The notes beneath the pieces were generated by a model that had not been told where the DNA came from, searched no databases, and saw nothing but the letters and a program-made list of their open reading frames with translations. Positions 1 to 12,160 of a stretch of DNA of 31,367 nucleotides are shown here, piece after piece (within the stretch, counting starts at the first letter, position 1; every line of letters starts with the position of its first letter). The DNA is taken from NCBI RefSeq assembly GCF_006345805.1, contig NW_021832302.1, forward strand, positions 1 to 31,367. Reading direction: 5' to 3'. Origin of the DNA: Octopus sinensis. Its lineage: Eukaryota. The translations under genes and the position numbers were made by a program.

Positions 1-171
1 AAACAACCATCTTGTTTACACTGAAGTTTGTACAATATATTATCTTAAGTGCGTTTAGTAAATTGCCAGAATCTTGTTACGTGTCGGTGACAAATTTTAT
101 GATAATAATTATTGTTGTTATCCTATCCTCTTCTGAGTTATCTATGCCACGTCTCAGCTCCCTCCCGCATT

Positions 172-950
172 TTAAAAACTCAACACTTTTCTTCCTACAA
201 GTGCTATTCTAAGTCTGCTACCAAATGAGTAATTCCTATGTAGTTTGATATCTGTAGCTTTTAATGTCTGTTCATTTCTTTGTATGAGATGGTTTCCAGT
301 GCACTGGTCACAATAGGTACCTCATTCACTTTAAAAGCCCTGTGGGTTCGTTTCAATCTAATATTAGATCTTACTACTTCTCAACTCCCTCGTTCACCGC
401 CTTCAAAATATTCTGCTCTGCAGAAGGAGTGAGGTCGACGACGGTCTATTCTTGGGACTATTTCCGTAGGACAATATCTGGGCGGTTATGATTTCAGCTT
501 CTCACCTTCGTACTCTGGCATATTCTATGAGAGTTTCACCTCATTGTACTGTGTGACTGACAAAGTTTGCTACTCATATCACTTGCTGCAACAGTCTCGC
601 CCATTATTACTATTCTGTTTTTTACTTCACAACGTATCATATGTGCTATTTGTTACATACTGTGTTATATTTCCTGAAATTTTGACATTATAGACATTTA
701 TTCAATAACCTGGTATCGTCTGGATGATTTTTGTGAACGTATCTCGGTTGTTGGTTGTTGGTGTGTTTAAGGAATTTTGTATCTATCATAAACAAGGGCT
801 AGGCTTTATTTTTTCCCTTATTGCTCGGTTAAGTAACGCATTCTGTTATTAAATTCTGTTCCATTTAATGCTTTGTATTTTTCGTTTAAAGCATCTCTTG
901 TGCTATAGGACACTGCTCCTATTCGCCGATATGTCATTCAAAGACATTCA
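172..950 (-). mobile_element. Degraded R4/Dong-like (RLE-type) non-LTR retrotransposon, 3' part of ORF
   Basis: Manual minus-strand translation gives HNRPDIVL (467-490), then VVDL..VEK**DL, VPIVTSALETIS (286-320) and RIALVG-RKVLS*. This is the order of the PD..D restriction-like endonuclease and C-terminus of R4/Dong elements. There are many stops and frameshifts, and the upstream boundary is approximate. Confidence 0.75.
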
Positions 951-1687
951 GGCATTTTTCGTTTTTTTCTATCATCGAGAAGAAAACACTAAAACAAATA
1001 CCCAATGATGACAAAATATTAATAAAGATGACTGAAGCAAAATAAAAACCACCTTGATTGCTATTGCATTTCATATTAAATTCATATTGGAAGGAAACTT
1101 TTAATCTAAAGTGATTTATTTCTGAAAACACACACAGATGGCTCTGTAAGATATACCATGAGAATTTAACGAATGTATTTAACGGAGGAATCCTTCACAG
1201 ATGGATGAAATTCTCAAAGGAATTCACGTCGGATAAATGCCAAGAATCGTCCGTTTAAGAAGAAAGATTTCTTCGGGTTTTGTAGAAATTTTAACATAAA
1301 TGGTTATGTTGTTGAGTTCGATTCGAAAAATAAGAGAGGATTAAGCAATGCTATTATAAAAGGGAAGGCAGAAGAGAAATAAATACTAGAGGATAAAAAT
1401 GGCTGTAGACGAAACTCATGGATAAAAGTACAAAATGCTAAATACATCTCCCATTCGACGTCTTATAGATATAAGTTAAAGAATAACTTCTCTGAATGTT
1501 TAAATAATAAGAAAAAATAGTTTACACTCTATTCATCATATTCAATCCCGGTCACGTCTGGTGTCTTGTCTGGTTGGAATTTATGTCTTGTCTATTGAAC
1601 TAATTATCAGTAAATGCCAAGTTTCTTATTTATGGTCTTAGATTGAATTCTTGCGACAATAGTCTATATTATATATCTGCTCAGTTA

Positions 1688-2094
1688 AAGGCGGCGAACG
1701 GGCAGAAACGTTAGCGCGCCGGGCGAAATGCTTAGCGGTATTTCGTCTGCGTTACGTTGTGAGTTCAAATTCTGCCGAGGTCGACTTTGCCTTTCATCCT
1801 TTTGGGGTCGATAAATTAAGTACCAGTTACGCACTGGGGTCGATGTAATCGACTTAATACCTATGTCTGTCCTTGTTTGTCCCCTCTGTGTTTAGCCCCT
1901 TGTGGGTAATAAAGAAATAGGTATTTCGTCTGTGTTTACGTTCTGAGTTCAAATTCTGCCAGGGTCAACTTTGTCTTTCATCCTTTCGGGGTTGATAAAT
2001 TAAGTACCAGCTACACGATGGGGTCGATGAAATAATACCTTTGTCTGTCATTTTTTGTCCCCTCTGTTTAGCCCCTTCTGGGCAACAAAGAAAT
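1688..2094 (+). mobile_element. tRNA-derived SINE (family A), head-to-tail dimer: full unit plus headless second unit
   Basis: A-box-like GGCAGAAACGTTAG and B-box-like GAGTTCAAATTC. The body gcctttcatcctttNggggtcgataaattaagtaccag occurs twice, joined at aataaagaaatag|gtatttcgtc (1908-1930). Homologous copies lie at 21443-21862 and 22280-23049. Confidence 0.9.
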
Positions 2095-2381
2095 GAGCTT
2101 TCATCGAGACTAAATTTGCTCAACATAACATACACTCACGAATTTCCTTGTTTTAGGATTTATATCTGTTTCTCCCATATTCACTTTTGTTTGAAAGAAT
2201 TTGTCAGTCTCGTCTTTCGCCTGACTCTGTCCCCTCCTACAAGAGTTTCATTTCTTATTGTTCATTATCATAAGACTGCATCCTGAAAACTGTTATAATT
2301 CATACGTTATTATTTTGTATTTTATCATTTTATTCATGCATGTGCTGAATATAGACAGTTGAAACACTCCTGTCACAACCT

Positions 2382-2425
2382 GGGACCTTGAAGACTGCTT
2401 TAATGCAGGAAAGTATACTAGTCCC
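2382..2425 (+). ncRNA. Minimal type I hammerhead ribozyme motif (Penelope/retrozyme-like), one extra U in core
   Basis: GGGAC | CTTGAAGA | CTGC-tttaat-GCAG | GAAA | GTATAC | TA | GTCCC. Perfect 5-bp stem I, perfect 4-bp stem II, palindromic stem III and a CUA cleavage triplet. The core has a 1-nt insertion relative to CUGANGA. Confidence 0.75.
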
Positions 2426-2619
2426 TTAATATTTATATTCAATATTTCATCTATTCAATAAGACAATCAATACTTCATTTCATTTTACTATATATATATT
2501 TTTTATACTATATATTCTATATTAAAATTATAAAGAATATAAATAAAGCATAAAAAAACGGAGTTGGAATTTCTTTGAATAATATATATCCCTCTATACA
2601 CAATAATACAAACTCCTTT

Positions 2620-2837
2620 ATGTATATATATATATATATATATATTAATTATTAATAAGGGTGAGAGAATTAGATACTAATTTAATAGTATATCTATTCA
2701 ACACCAAGTGGCCTAGTGCTCCGAGAACCTGGATTATTATAATATTTTATAATATATTATAATATTTATTTTTGTGGTTGGAACCTTTTGGATTAACTGG
2801 TGCTAGAGTGAGCCATATAGTGACCACTCTCTTATAT

Positions 2838-2910
<73 letters not shown>

Positions 2911-2926
2911 ATATAAATATATATAT

Positions 2927-2960
<34 letters not shown>
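2620..2960. repeat. (TA)n microsatellite tracts
   Basis: Direct reading: TA runs at about 2620-2645 and 2845-2957. Confidence 0.95.
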
Positions 2961-3359
2961 TCATATGACGGTTTACCTGAAACAAGTGTAATACTTTTGT
3001 TTTAATTCTTAATAAGAAGGTGGAGCCAAGTCTCCGGACTTGACCGTTTCCAGTATTACTTAGGAGTCTCCAAGGAACAATTGTTCGAAATTACTCTAGG
3101 CCATTATTTCAAACGTGGTTTCTATTCCCTCTCAATCAGCCTTAATAAACTCTAATTTCTGGGAATAGAAATGAGTTTTTTTTTCTTTTCTCTAATGTTC
3201 TGGTGGGAAATTATGTCCGATATTAGACATTAGGAGATCAATAATTGCTTGGTCAGTGAAACAAAATAACGGTTATTTTAATGTTTTGCACAAGACATAT
3301 GTTGCCGATCAATATGCTCCGGAATATTATGATTTTAAGTGCTTTAAGTTGCAGCACGA

Positions 3360-3470
3360 GTGCGGAGGATTAGAAGATTCATTTGAGCGTTGGTCAGAAG
3401 AAATCATTGGAGCATTTCTCCGAGCATTTTACGTTCTGAGTTCAAATCCTGCTGAAAGCAAATTAGCCAG
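3360..3470 (+). mobile_element. Degraded SINE family A head fragment
   Basis: gcatt..ttacgttctgagttcaaatcctgc matches tttacgttctgagttcaaattctgcc of the copy at 1930-1960. Confidence 0.55.
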
Positions 3471-3597
3471 TGACGTTCTTCGGGTCAAGAGTAAAAGTAA
3501 CGTTCAAATACTGAGGAAATAATATCGACATTTTAATCCTTCCTCTCACACATTTCAGATTTTGAGCCAACATTAATGAAAGTATTACTGAATGAAG

Positions 3598-3900
3598 GGA
3601 GGCAAAATGGACTAGTAGTTAGAGCAGCGTATTCGCGGTCGGAGGGTCGCGGTTTCGATTCCCAGACCGGGCGTTGTGAGTGTTTATTAAGCAAAAACAC
3701 CTAAAAGCTCCACGAGGCTCGGCAGGGGGTGATGGCGATCCCTGTTGTACTCTTTCACCACAGCTTTCTCTCACTCTCTCTTCCTGTTTCTTGAGTAACA
3801 CTGCGATGGACTGGCGCCGTGTCCAGCTGAGGAGAACACATACGCCACAGAAACTGGGAAACCAGACCCATGGGCCTGGCTAAGCTTGAAAAGGGCGACG
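3598..3900 (+). mobile_element. tRNA-derived SINE (family B)
   Basis: A-box-like TGGACTAGTAGTTAG and B-box GGTTTCGATTCCC. The first ~190 bp are near-identical to the copy at 16196, but the 3' tail differs. Confidence 0.85.
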
Positions 3901-4409
3901 CTTATTCCTGCATGAAGAAGATTTGGGTAGTCATAATTAGCGCCAGCATTTACAATCTGTATATATGAAAGAACACAGTTTTATATAAAAATGATGATGC
4001 TAAAAGTATTTCGTTTCATAGAACGATTTATATATTTATCAGAGACCTGAGAACAGCTATTTTAAGACGTTACAGATGTCAATTGAAAATTTCGGAGGCA
4101 GGTTTTATTTATGTCATACGAAGGACAGTGAAAAACACAAAACATTTTTGGAACAAACACAGACCATTTATTTGGAATGTCTTCCTGAAAATAAAATTCT
4201 TCAGCTCTTTGACAATCAGTGATTTTTTTCTTTCTCTATATATATTGTGAAATCTGGTAGGTTTGTCACGTTTCTGCGACATAAAGCAAATATTTTCTCG
4301 CATAAATTTATTGCAATAATGTATAGTGAACCAATACAGATTCCTAGAAAGCTTTTTTTTTTTTTTTTTACAGATAATAATATAGCGATTTGTAGGTGTC
4401 TGCCTATCC

Positions 4410-4521
4410 GTCTCTCTCTCTGTTATTTTCTCTCTATTTCTCTGCCTTTCTCTCGCTCTGTCCCCTCCTCTATCTCTCGCTCTCTACACACACACATACA
4501 TGTCCATACACATAATATATA

Positions 4522-4570
<49 letters not shown>

Positions 4571-4739
4571 CACAGGGGAGAAAGAGAGAGAGAGAAAGAA
4601 ATATAAATTCATGTATATACATTCATACGCACACGCACACACACATAGACAAACACATACACACTCACGCACACACACATAAAAACCCATGTATATATAT
4701 GCATATCTATCTATCTATCTCTCTCTCTTATATATATAT

Positions 4740-4781
<42 letters not shown>

Positions 4782-4960
4782 GCACATATATATATACATA
4801 TATATATACATGTACGTATATATACATACATACGTACATATATATATATGTACATATATATATATATACATACATGTATATATATAAATATATATATTAT
4901 ATATATATGTATATACACAAACACATAGACACACGTACTCACACAGATACACACTCACAA
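4410..4960. repeat. Compound (CT)n/(CA)n/(TA)n/(TACA)n microsatellite
   Basis: Direct reading. Explains the I/Y-rich ORFs at 4689-4964. Confidence 0.9.
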
Positions 4961-5340
4961 ACACAAGTACACATATTCACTGCAAATTTACACACGCTTG
5001 AGTCTAAATGAATTTCTCCAAAGCATAAATTCTGTCAAGTCTAAGGAAACCAAACCAACGTACAACGAACATCCACAAACAACCAGTTTCATCGTATTGC
5101 ATTATAGCCTTGCTATAAAATTACTGCTATCATGTATGGTATATTAGGAGTTTAATCTTTATTAAATAACAAATGATATATATCTACCAACACGGAACCA
5201 TCACTTTCCTCGTCGCGTGATTAATTTGATGTTGCTAATTATTGAACTGCCAATTATTAAACTGCTATTAATCTATATTTATTGTGTATTATATTCAGTA
5301 GCTATTATTTGATATTATGTATTGACATTATCAAGGAATT

Positions 5341-5601
5341 CATGCAAGAATGAAAGGACTTGTCTCAGTTGGCGGAGAATTTAGTTATGCATTTGCAGTC
5401 AACCATGATGTGAAGGAAGATGCGCGTGTTGGCCCCTGGGTCTTCATATTTTACCTCACAGTTGTAGATATCATTAGAGTCAACATGCACAAGAGGGTTT
5501 ACATCCACATCAGAACAGATTGGAAACCGTTCAGCTTACCCCGTCTTCGAAACTCCACTCAAATCAAGGAAATGTGTATCAAAATCTTGCACTAAGCAGA
5601 C
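5341..5601 (+). mobile_element. RTE-clade (BovB-like) LINE reverse transcriptase fragment
   Basis: ORF 5350-5595 MKGLVSVGGEFSYAFAVNHDVKEDARVGPWVF..VYIHIRTDWKPFSLPRLRNSTQIKEMCIKILH*AD parallels the RTE RT segment (V.GELS..F.I..GVKQGCVLAP.LF..GVYI..RTDGKLFNL.RL...TK......L.FADD). Recognised by motif, not by search. Confidence 0.8.
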
Positions 5602-5792
5602 ATTTCAGAGTTCTTCGCTTTGAAACCAGATGAGTTTTACATTGATGGGATTAAAAAGCTTGTAAATAGATGGTAGGAAGTCATAGATAATCAGAGAAAA
5701 TACGCTGATGATTAAAATTCAATTAAACATATCATTTGATAACTTGTTTTCTTTATTCAAAATTCGGACAGGACTTATAGAATGCCCTGATA
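5596..5792 (+). mobile_element. Mariner transposon 3' remnant (transposase C-terminus plus right TIR)
   Basis: DISEFFALKPDEFYIDGIKKLVNRW*EVIDNQRKYADD* matches the mariner C-terminus (FF.SK..EFY..GI.KL..RW..V.DN.G.Y..D). It is followed by a TIR-like aattcggacaggacttatagaatgccctga and TA (5761-5792). Confidence 0.85.
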
Positions 5793-5794
5793 CA

Positions 5795-6025
5795 TGTACA
5801 CATACACACTCACACTCTCACTTAAACACACACACACTAACATACTGGTACATTCACACACCTACAGAAATATATATATAGAGATATAGATATGATTGTA
5901 TATATATATATATATATATATGATTATATATAAAATATATGTATGTGTGTATATATATGTATGCATGTATGTATATATGTGTATGTTTGTGTATATATAT
6001 ATATATATATATATGTATGTACGTA
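5795..6025. repeat. (CA)n/(TA)n/(TG)n microsatellite
   Basis: Direct reading. Confidence 0.9.
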
Positions 6026-6434
6026 TATGGGGGGGCGTTTATCATTTTTATCGCGATATGAAACATCACGCTTCGTTACTCTGACCTCAACTTCGCTGAT
6101 GGTCGGATAATTGTTAAAGATTATAGGATTATAGTTATGGATAATCAAATGGATAATCCTCTGGATGGAATCAATGTAAAAGAAGGGATGCGAATTTGTG
6201 AGTCTTCAGTTTCCAATAACGTATAACATAATGTTTTGATATTGGTTACTCCCTACCCACAACTCGTTATCTATTGCATATTTATAAATATATAAATGAT
6301 TTTTTCCCACCTGATGCAGAATCTTAGTATATAATTTCCCAGCAACCCAACACCTGCGTATACGCAAGAATGTAAGAACACTCCACAGCAAAAATGAGCA
6401 ACATTTATTGAGAATAACATATGAAAGTGCATGA

Positions 6435-6471
6435 GAGATATAGTATATATATATATATTATATATAGATAT

Positions 6472-6502
<31 letters not shown>

Positions 6503-6523
6503 TAATAACCAGATATATTATAT

Positions 6524-6559
<36 letters not shown>

Positions 6560-6810
6560 ATATGTATGTATATATATATATAGATATATAGATATAGATA
6601 TAATATAGATATACATATACATATAGATACAGATATATATACACATATATTTACGTATATATATATATATATAATATACTATAGATATAGCTACAGATAT
6701 ATAATACACATATATTTATGCATATATATTATATATTATATATATATATATATATAATATATATATATATATATAATAATATATAATATGTATGTATGTA
6801 TTTAAATGTG
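6435..6810. repeat. (TA)n/(GATA)n compound microsatellite
   Basis: Direct reading. Confidence 0.9.
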
Positions 6811-7199
6811 AGGGTATGTATGTGTGACTGTATGTAATTTTTGCCTCGCGTGTAAGTTCATATTTTCCGATTTCATATAAATGATCTCCACATTTATTCA
6901 GTCCCCTGCAACAAATTTCTCATTATTTCATTTAAGTGCGCCCATTTTTTCTTAAACCTCTAAATATTCACAGAAACTCGATTGGAAAATCTATACACGT
7001 ATATAAAATTATGAACAAACACACGACCACATGCACACATACACATATAGACATTTGTATATACATGCACATATATGGAAATACATCGCTATTTACATAG
7101 TTAGGTGTACATACATACATACATGCATACACATACACATACACACATATAGGAACACAGTTTTCTATAGAAAATATGTGGAGATAAATTTCAAATAAA

Positions 7200-7249
7200 C
7201 ATATGTACATATGTATATATGTGTGTGTGTGTGTGTGTGCATATATATA

Positions 7250-7294
<45 letters not shown>

Positions 7295-7680
7295 TATTAT
7301 ATATATTATATATATCAATATATTAAATATATACATATATATATAAATATATAAATATATATATATGAATATATATATATATATATTATATACATACATA
7401 CTTACATACATGTATATATTGCATGTATGTACGTACGTATGTATGTTTGCATACATATATCAATATTTAAAATATATATATACCTATCTCTCTCTTTCTA
7501 TCCCTCTCTCTCTGTATATATATATATATAATATATATATATATACATACATACATACACACATACATACATACATACATACATACATACATACATACAT
7601 ACATACATACATACATTCATACATGCATGTATATATTGCATGTATGTACGTAGGTATATATGATTGCATGTGTGTGTCCA
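7200..7680. repeat. (TG)n/(TA)n/(ACAT)n compound microsatellite
   Basis: Direct reading; long (ACAT)n tract at about 7545-7620. Confidence 0.9.
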
Positions 7681-8069
7681 CTAAGCTGTCATGCGATCGG
7701 ATAAAGAGGTATAAATATATAATTCGAAAGATAAATGACCATTCCTTCTCTCTTATTTTCTCTTTATTTCTCCGTGTGATTCTTGAAACAATACATTTAA
7801 ATATTTTTCTTTTATTTGTCTTCCATTTATCTTTACCCTTACATTATTCTTCGTTGATTTTCTTTAATGGTCGGCCGCAATTTTCTAGTGGTACATTTTA
7901 ATTTCAACATGAATTTCGAGTGTATATATATACGTAACAATTTTATATATCATTAAATAGCAAACTCCATGAATATTTCGCCGCAATATTAATCATATTT
8001 GTTATATTTTAGAATTATTTAATATCTCTTCAGAATTTTGGTGAAATTGAATTTTCCTTTTTTCAATCG

Positions 8070-8196
8070 TTATTATGTATTTCTTCACTTATTATCATTA
8101 TTATTATTATTATTATTATTATCATTATTATTAATATTATTATTATTATTAGTACTATTATTATTATTATATTTATTATTATTATTATTATTATTA

Positions 8197-8228
<32 letters not shown>

Positions 8229-8575
8229 TATTATCATTATTATTATATTATATTATTATTGTTGTGTTGTTGTTTGTTATTATTATTATTATTGTTGTTG
8301 TTGTTATTATTATTATTATTATTATTGTTATTTATTATTATTGTTTTATATTATTATTTATTATTGTTGTTGTTGTTGTTGTTGTTATTATTATTATTAT
8401 TGTTGTTGTTGTTATTATTATTATTATTATTGTTATTATTATTGTTGTTGTTGTTGTTGTTATTATTATTATTATTATTGTTGTTATTAATATTATTATT
8501 ATTATTATTATTATGATATCATTATTTTTATTGTCGTTGTTGTTATTGCTGTTGTTTTGCTTCTTCTTCTTCTTC
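8070..8575. repeat. (TAT)n/(TGT)n trinucleotide microsatellite
   Basis: Direct reading. Explains the poly-L/Y/I/C ORFs at 8038-8626. Confidence 0.95.
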
Positions 8576-8896
8576 TCGTGGCAAAATATCGTTCTTTCCG
8601 CGATATCTAGTTATAACGTTGCTTGATTCAATTCCACCATTTTATGCAATAAATAATAAACTACGTAAATTTTAATCTGCTTCAAATAACGGAGTGGATA
8701 TTCCTTGAGCAATAATACTTGGTGAAATATGTCATAAGTTTACTTCTTTTTAAATCATACAAGTATAGGTGTGTGCATCGCAAGTAATCATCAGAAATTT
8801 TCAATAGTTGATATATATTTCAGATCGCTTCCCAAATATATCCTGTATGTCAAACCTCATCCGCCATTACTTTTATCTATTTATTCAACAGGTTAT

Positions 8897-8899
8897 ATC

Positions 8900-8960
<61 letters not shown>

Positions 8961-9032
8961 ATATATATATATATATATATCTCTCTATCTATTATATATA
9001 TATATATATAATATAAATAATATACATATATA

Positions 9033-9063
<31 letters not shown>
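8897..9063. repeat. (TCTA)n then (TA)n microsatellite
   Basis: Direct reading. Confidence 0.95.
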
Positions 9064-9064
9064 C

Positions 9065-9461
9065 GCGTAGGAGTAGCTGTGTGGTAAGTAGCTTGCTTAC
9101 GAACCACATGGTTCCGGGTTCAGTCCCACTGCCTGGCAACTTGGGCAAGTGTCTTATACTATAGCCTCGGGCCGACCAAAGCCTAGTAAGTGGATTTGGT
9201 TGACAGAAACTGAAAGAAGCCCGTCGTATATATGTATGTATATATATGTGTGTGTGTATCTGTGTTTGTCCCCCCAACATCGCCTGACAACCGATGCTGG
9301 TGTCTTTACGTCCCCGTAACATTGTGGTTCGGCAAAAGAGACCGATAGAATAAGTACTAGGCTTACAAAGAATAGTCCTGGGGCCGATTTGCTCGACTAA
9401 AGGCGGTGCTCCAGCATGGCCACAGTCAAATGACTGAAACAAATAAAAGTAAAAAAAAGAG
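9065..9461 (+). mobile_element. tRNA-derived CORE-type SINE (family C), near full length
   Basis: A-box-like GCTGTGTGGTAAG, B-box-like GGGTTCAGTCCC, CORE-like aacttgggcaagtgtctt, an internal (TA)/(TG) tract and an A-rich end gaaacaaataaaag. Homologues at 27401-27663 (-) and 28916-29280 (+). Confidence 0.9.
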
Positions 9462-9478
9462 TAGTATATATATAATAT

Positions 9479-9517
<39 letters not shown>

Positions 9518-9564
9518 GTACGTATGTATCTTTGTATGTATGTATGTATTCTTACACAAATGAC

Positions 9565-9880
9565 AGAACGATTCGCCACCGCACAGTGCTACATATCCTA
9601 ACAATGCCGTCGCACCTCAGGACTAGTTACTGCCACAACCTGAGTTTCAAGAGTCCCCAACACTTTAATATTCTCACAAAGCTCCTGAAGGACTTACACA
9701 ATGTAGATGTAGGTGTTTTCAAAACAAAACTGAATCTCCTCCATTCGAGAGTCCCAAATATGGACAGCGACATCAAACTCGGTAATTCACCAAATGTCAC
9801 GTGTCAGGAGAAAGTCTCAATAATACCAATGTAGCAAAACGGTGGTGCTCAGAATGACCGGAGAATTAGCAGGGACCGTT
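9565..9880 (+). mobile_element. CR1-like LINE 3' end (ORF2 C-terminus plus 3' UTR), degraded
   Basis: LRTSYCHNLSFKSPQHFNILTKLLKDLHNVDVGVFKTKLNLLHSRVPN parallels the CR1/L2-group ORF2 C-terminus (RT.Y.NSL...GP.LFN.LP..LR.L....V..FK.KLD..L..VPD). Confidence 0.7.
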
Positions 9881-9894
9881 AAAAGCGTATGTAT

Positions 9895-9927
9895 CAATAT
9901 CTATCTCTCTCTCTCTATCTATCTATC

Positions 9928-9976
<49 letters not shown>

Positions 9977-10019
9977 ATATCTAATCTATCTATCTCTATC
10001 TCTCTCTCTCTCTATCTAC

Positions 10020-10097
<78 letters not shown>

Positions 10098-10172
10098 GTC
10101 TGTCTGTCTGTTTGTCTGTGCGTCTGCCTGTCTGTCTGTCTCTCTCTCTCTCTCTATCCATCTATCTATCTA
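9895..10172. repeat. (TCTA)n/(TCTG)n/(TC)n microsatellite
   Basis: Direct reading. Confidence 0.95.
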
Positions 10173-10204
10173 CTTTATTTAAAGTAGCAGAAAATTCAAC
10201 AAAA

Positions 10205-10243
10205 CCTGTTACTCTGAGTTTCACGTTTCCGTTCGTCGGACAC
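10205..10243 (-). ncRNA. Minimal type I hammerhead ribozyme motif (CCGACGA core variant)
   Basis: Minus strand: GTGT | CCGACGA | ACG-gaaa-CGT | GAAA | CTC-a-GAG | TA | ACAG. Stem II has 3 bp with a GNRA tetraloop, stem III is near-palindromic, the triplet is GUA, and stem I pairs 3 of 4. Confidence 0.7.
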
Positions 10244-10254
10244 TTTTTGCTAGA

Positions 10255-10330
10255 ATCTATCTATCTATGTATCTCTATATGTATATACCTATTTGTGGAA
10301 ATAACAATATGTATATACTTATTTGTGGAA

Positions 10331-10383
<53 letters not shown>

Positions 10384-10555
10384 TAGGGAATAGCGAGAGG
10401 GAGTGAGAAAGAGAGGTTATGAGAGTTAATGGTGTCCGTAAGACACAAAGGTTCAGGTAATTCGGAGTAAGTGCTATGGTTAGACCATATCTAAGTTCCA
10501 GGTTTTGTGATTATGCGAATAAGGAATCCAACGTAGGTCATATATCACACGTGTA

Positions 10556-10633
<78 letters not shown>

Positions 10634-10798
10634 GATGGGTTAAAAAACAAGACCGTGATGATTTTAGAACATTTATAAATAGGTTTATGTAATCGTCATA
10701 GCTTTGGATTTGTAATTTCATTCTGAAAAAGAAAATTCTATACATATAATATATGAATGTGTGTGTGTACATACATATTCATATTTATAAAGCTTATG

Positions 10799-10867
<69 letters not shown>

Positions 10868-11050
10868 ACATACATGCATACATATATATATATATGTTTA
10901 TAATATATATATGTGTAGATATATATATATATATGTGTATATATATCGATATATATATATATATATATTCTATATATATATATATTATATATATATATAT
11001 ATATATTCATATACATATATATTATATTTTTCGAATTACATATATATATA

Positions 11051-11086
<36 letters not shown>
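10255..11086. repeat. Series of (TA)n/(GA)n microsatellites with short unique spacers
   Basis: Direct reading: tracts at about 10330-10390, 10553-10630 and 10795-11086. Confidence 0.9.
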
Positions 11087-11088
<2 letters not shown>

Positions 11089-12079
11089 TCTTGAAGTAGA
11101 GCCATCTTCTTTATTGATTCTGAATGGTGGAGAGAAATTTTAATTGTATTTTCGTGTCTGGGAATTCGTAATTCGAAACAAGGTAAAGTGGTAAAGATTC
11201 TGTAATAAGCTAAATTCGTGGATCTGTTTCTTCAAACGTTAAACAAATCTCAGCGTCAGCCAAATTTAAGAATATACAAATTTATGTATCACTATGTTAA
11301 CTGAATGAAATACATATATTTTTTTGCAAAAATATTCATTATTTCGAACATTCAAAAGTTAAATTAATCCCGAAAATGCATAAAGATGTGACTATATAAA
11401 TCGACTGCGCAAAGGGAAATATTATAACTGGAAACTCTACATCAAATATTTCACATGAATCAGCATGTCTTACAAAGAACAAAAATATATAAATTTTTAA
11501 TATATTCTTTAAAAACACTTCGTTCGATAACATGAACTTACTTATATTTTTCGTTTAGATTATGCGAAAATGTTTAGTTCATCTCGCTTATACACACGCA
11601 CAATAAGTTACTATATTAAGAAGATTTTGTTGAATATTAAAGCCTTCACTAAATATTTAGAAAAAATAACATGGAATATGAATAAACGGGAGATTATGCA
11701 TGCAGTAAATAAAATGAAAAGGCCAGTATATCTTATTCAACACATGGAATCACAAGTTCTAAAACATGTGACTCCCCAAAGAGTTTCAATATAAATATTC
11801 CAACATATTTACATGCAATATTTAAATTAAAATTAATGCATTTCAAGGAGATAGCATCAGGAACGCTGAAGAGAAATGTTTGCGCGCTTGCGAGAAGATT
11901 AGCTTAGCCAATGATTAATTCATCCGAATATTTGTCTCGTATACAAGGGAGATAATTCCGAGCATTGAGACTACGATTTCCATATGCTCTTGAATTTTTG
12001 GTATAGAGATTAAGTGTCCTAAACCTACGTCTTCCATACTTGTGCTACTCAATAAAGAAATAGATAAATATCACCGTGT

Positions 12080-12127
12080 ATGTATCAACCAATCAATCAA
12101 TCAATCTATTTATTTATCAATCTATCG

Positions 12128-12160
<33 letters not shown>

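Noticed and set aside
2960-2995. atgacggtttacctgaaacaagtgta, a fifth hammerhead-like string
   Set aside because: The core is ATGACGG, stem III CAAGTG is not palindromic and there is no convincing stem I. At most it is a very decayed copy.
3824-3872. CTGAGGA..GAAA-CTGG-gaaa-CCAG inside the family B SINE tail
   Set aside because: There is no U after stem III (AC instead of UH), no stem II pairing and no stem I. It is more simply the SINE tail hairpin.
6300-6385. Minus-strand VYAGVGLLGNYILRF resembling a GPCR TM1 'GN' motif
   Set aside because: A stop follows within ~15 codons and no TM2 or other GPCR motifs are present.
8823-8843. tttcag|21 nt|gtatgt plus-strand micro-exon candidate
   Set aside because: Such short AG..GT pairs are expected by chance, and no supporting neighbouring exons were found.
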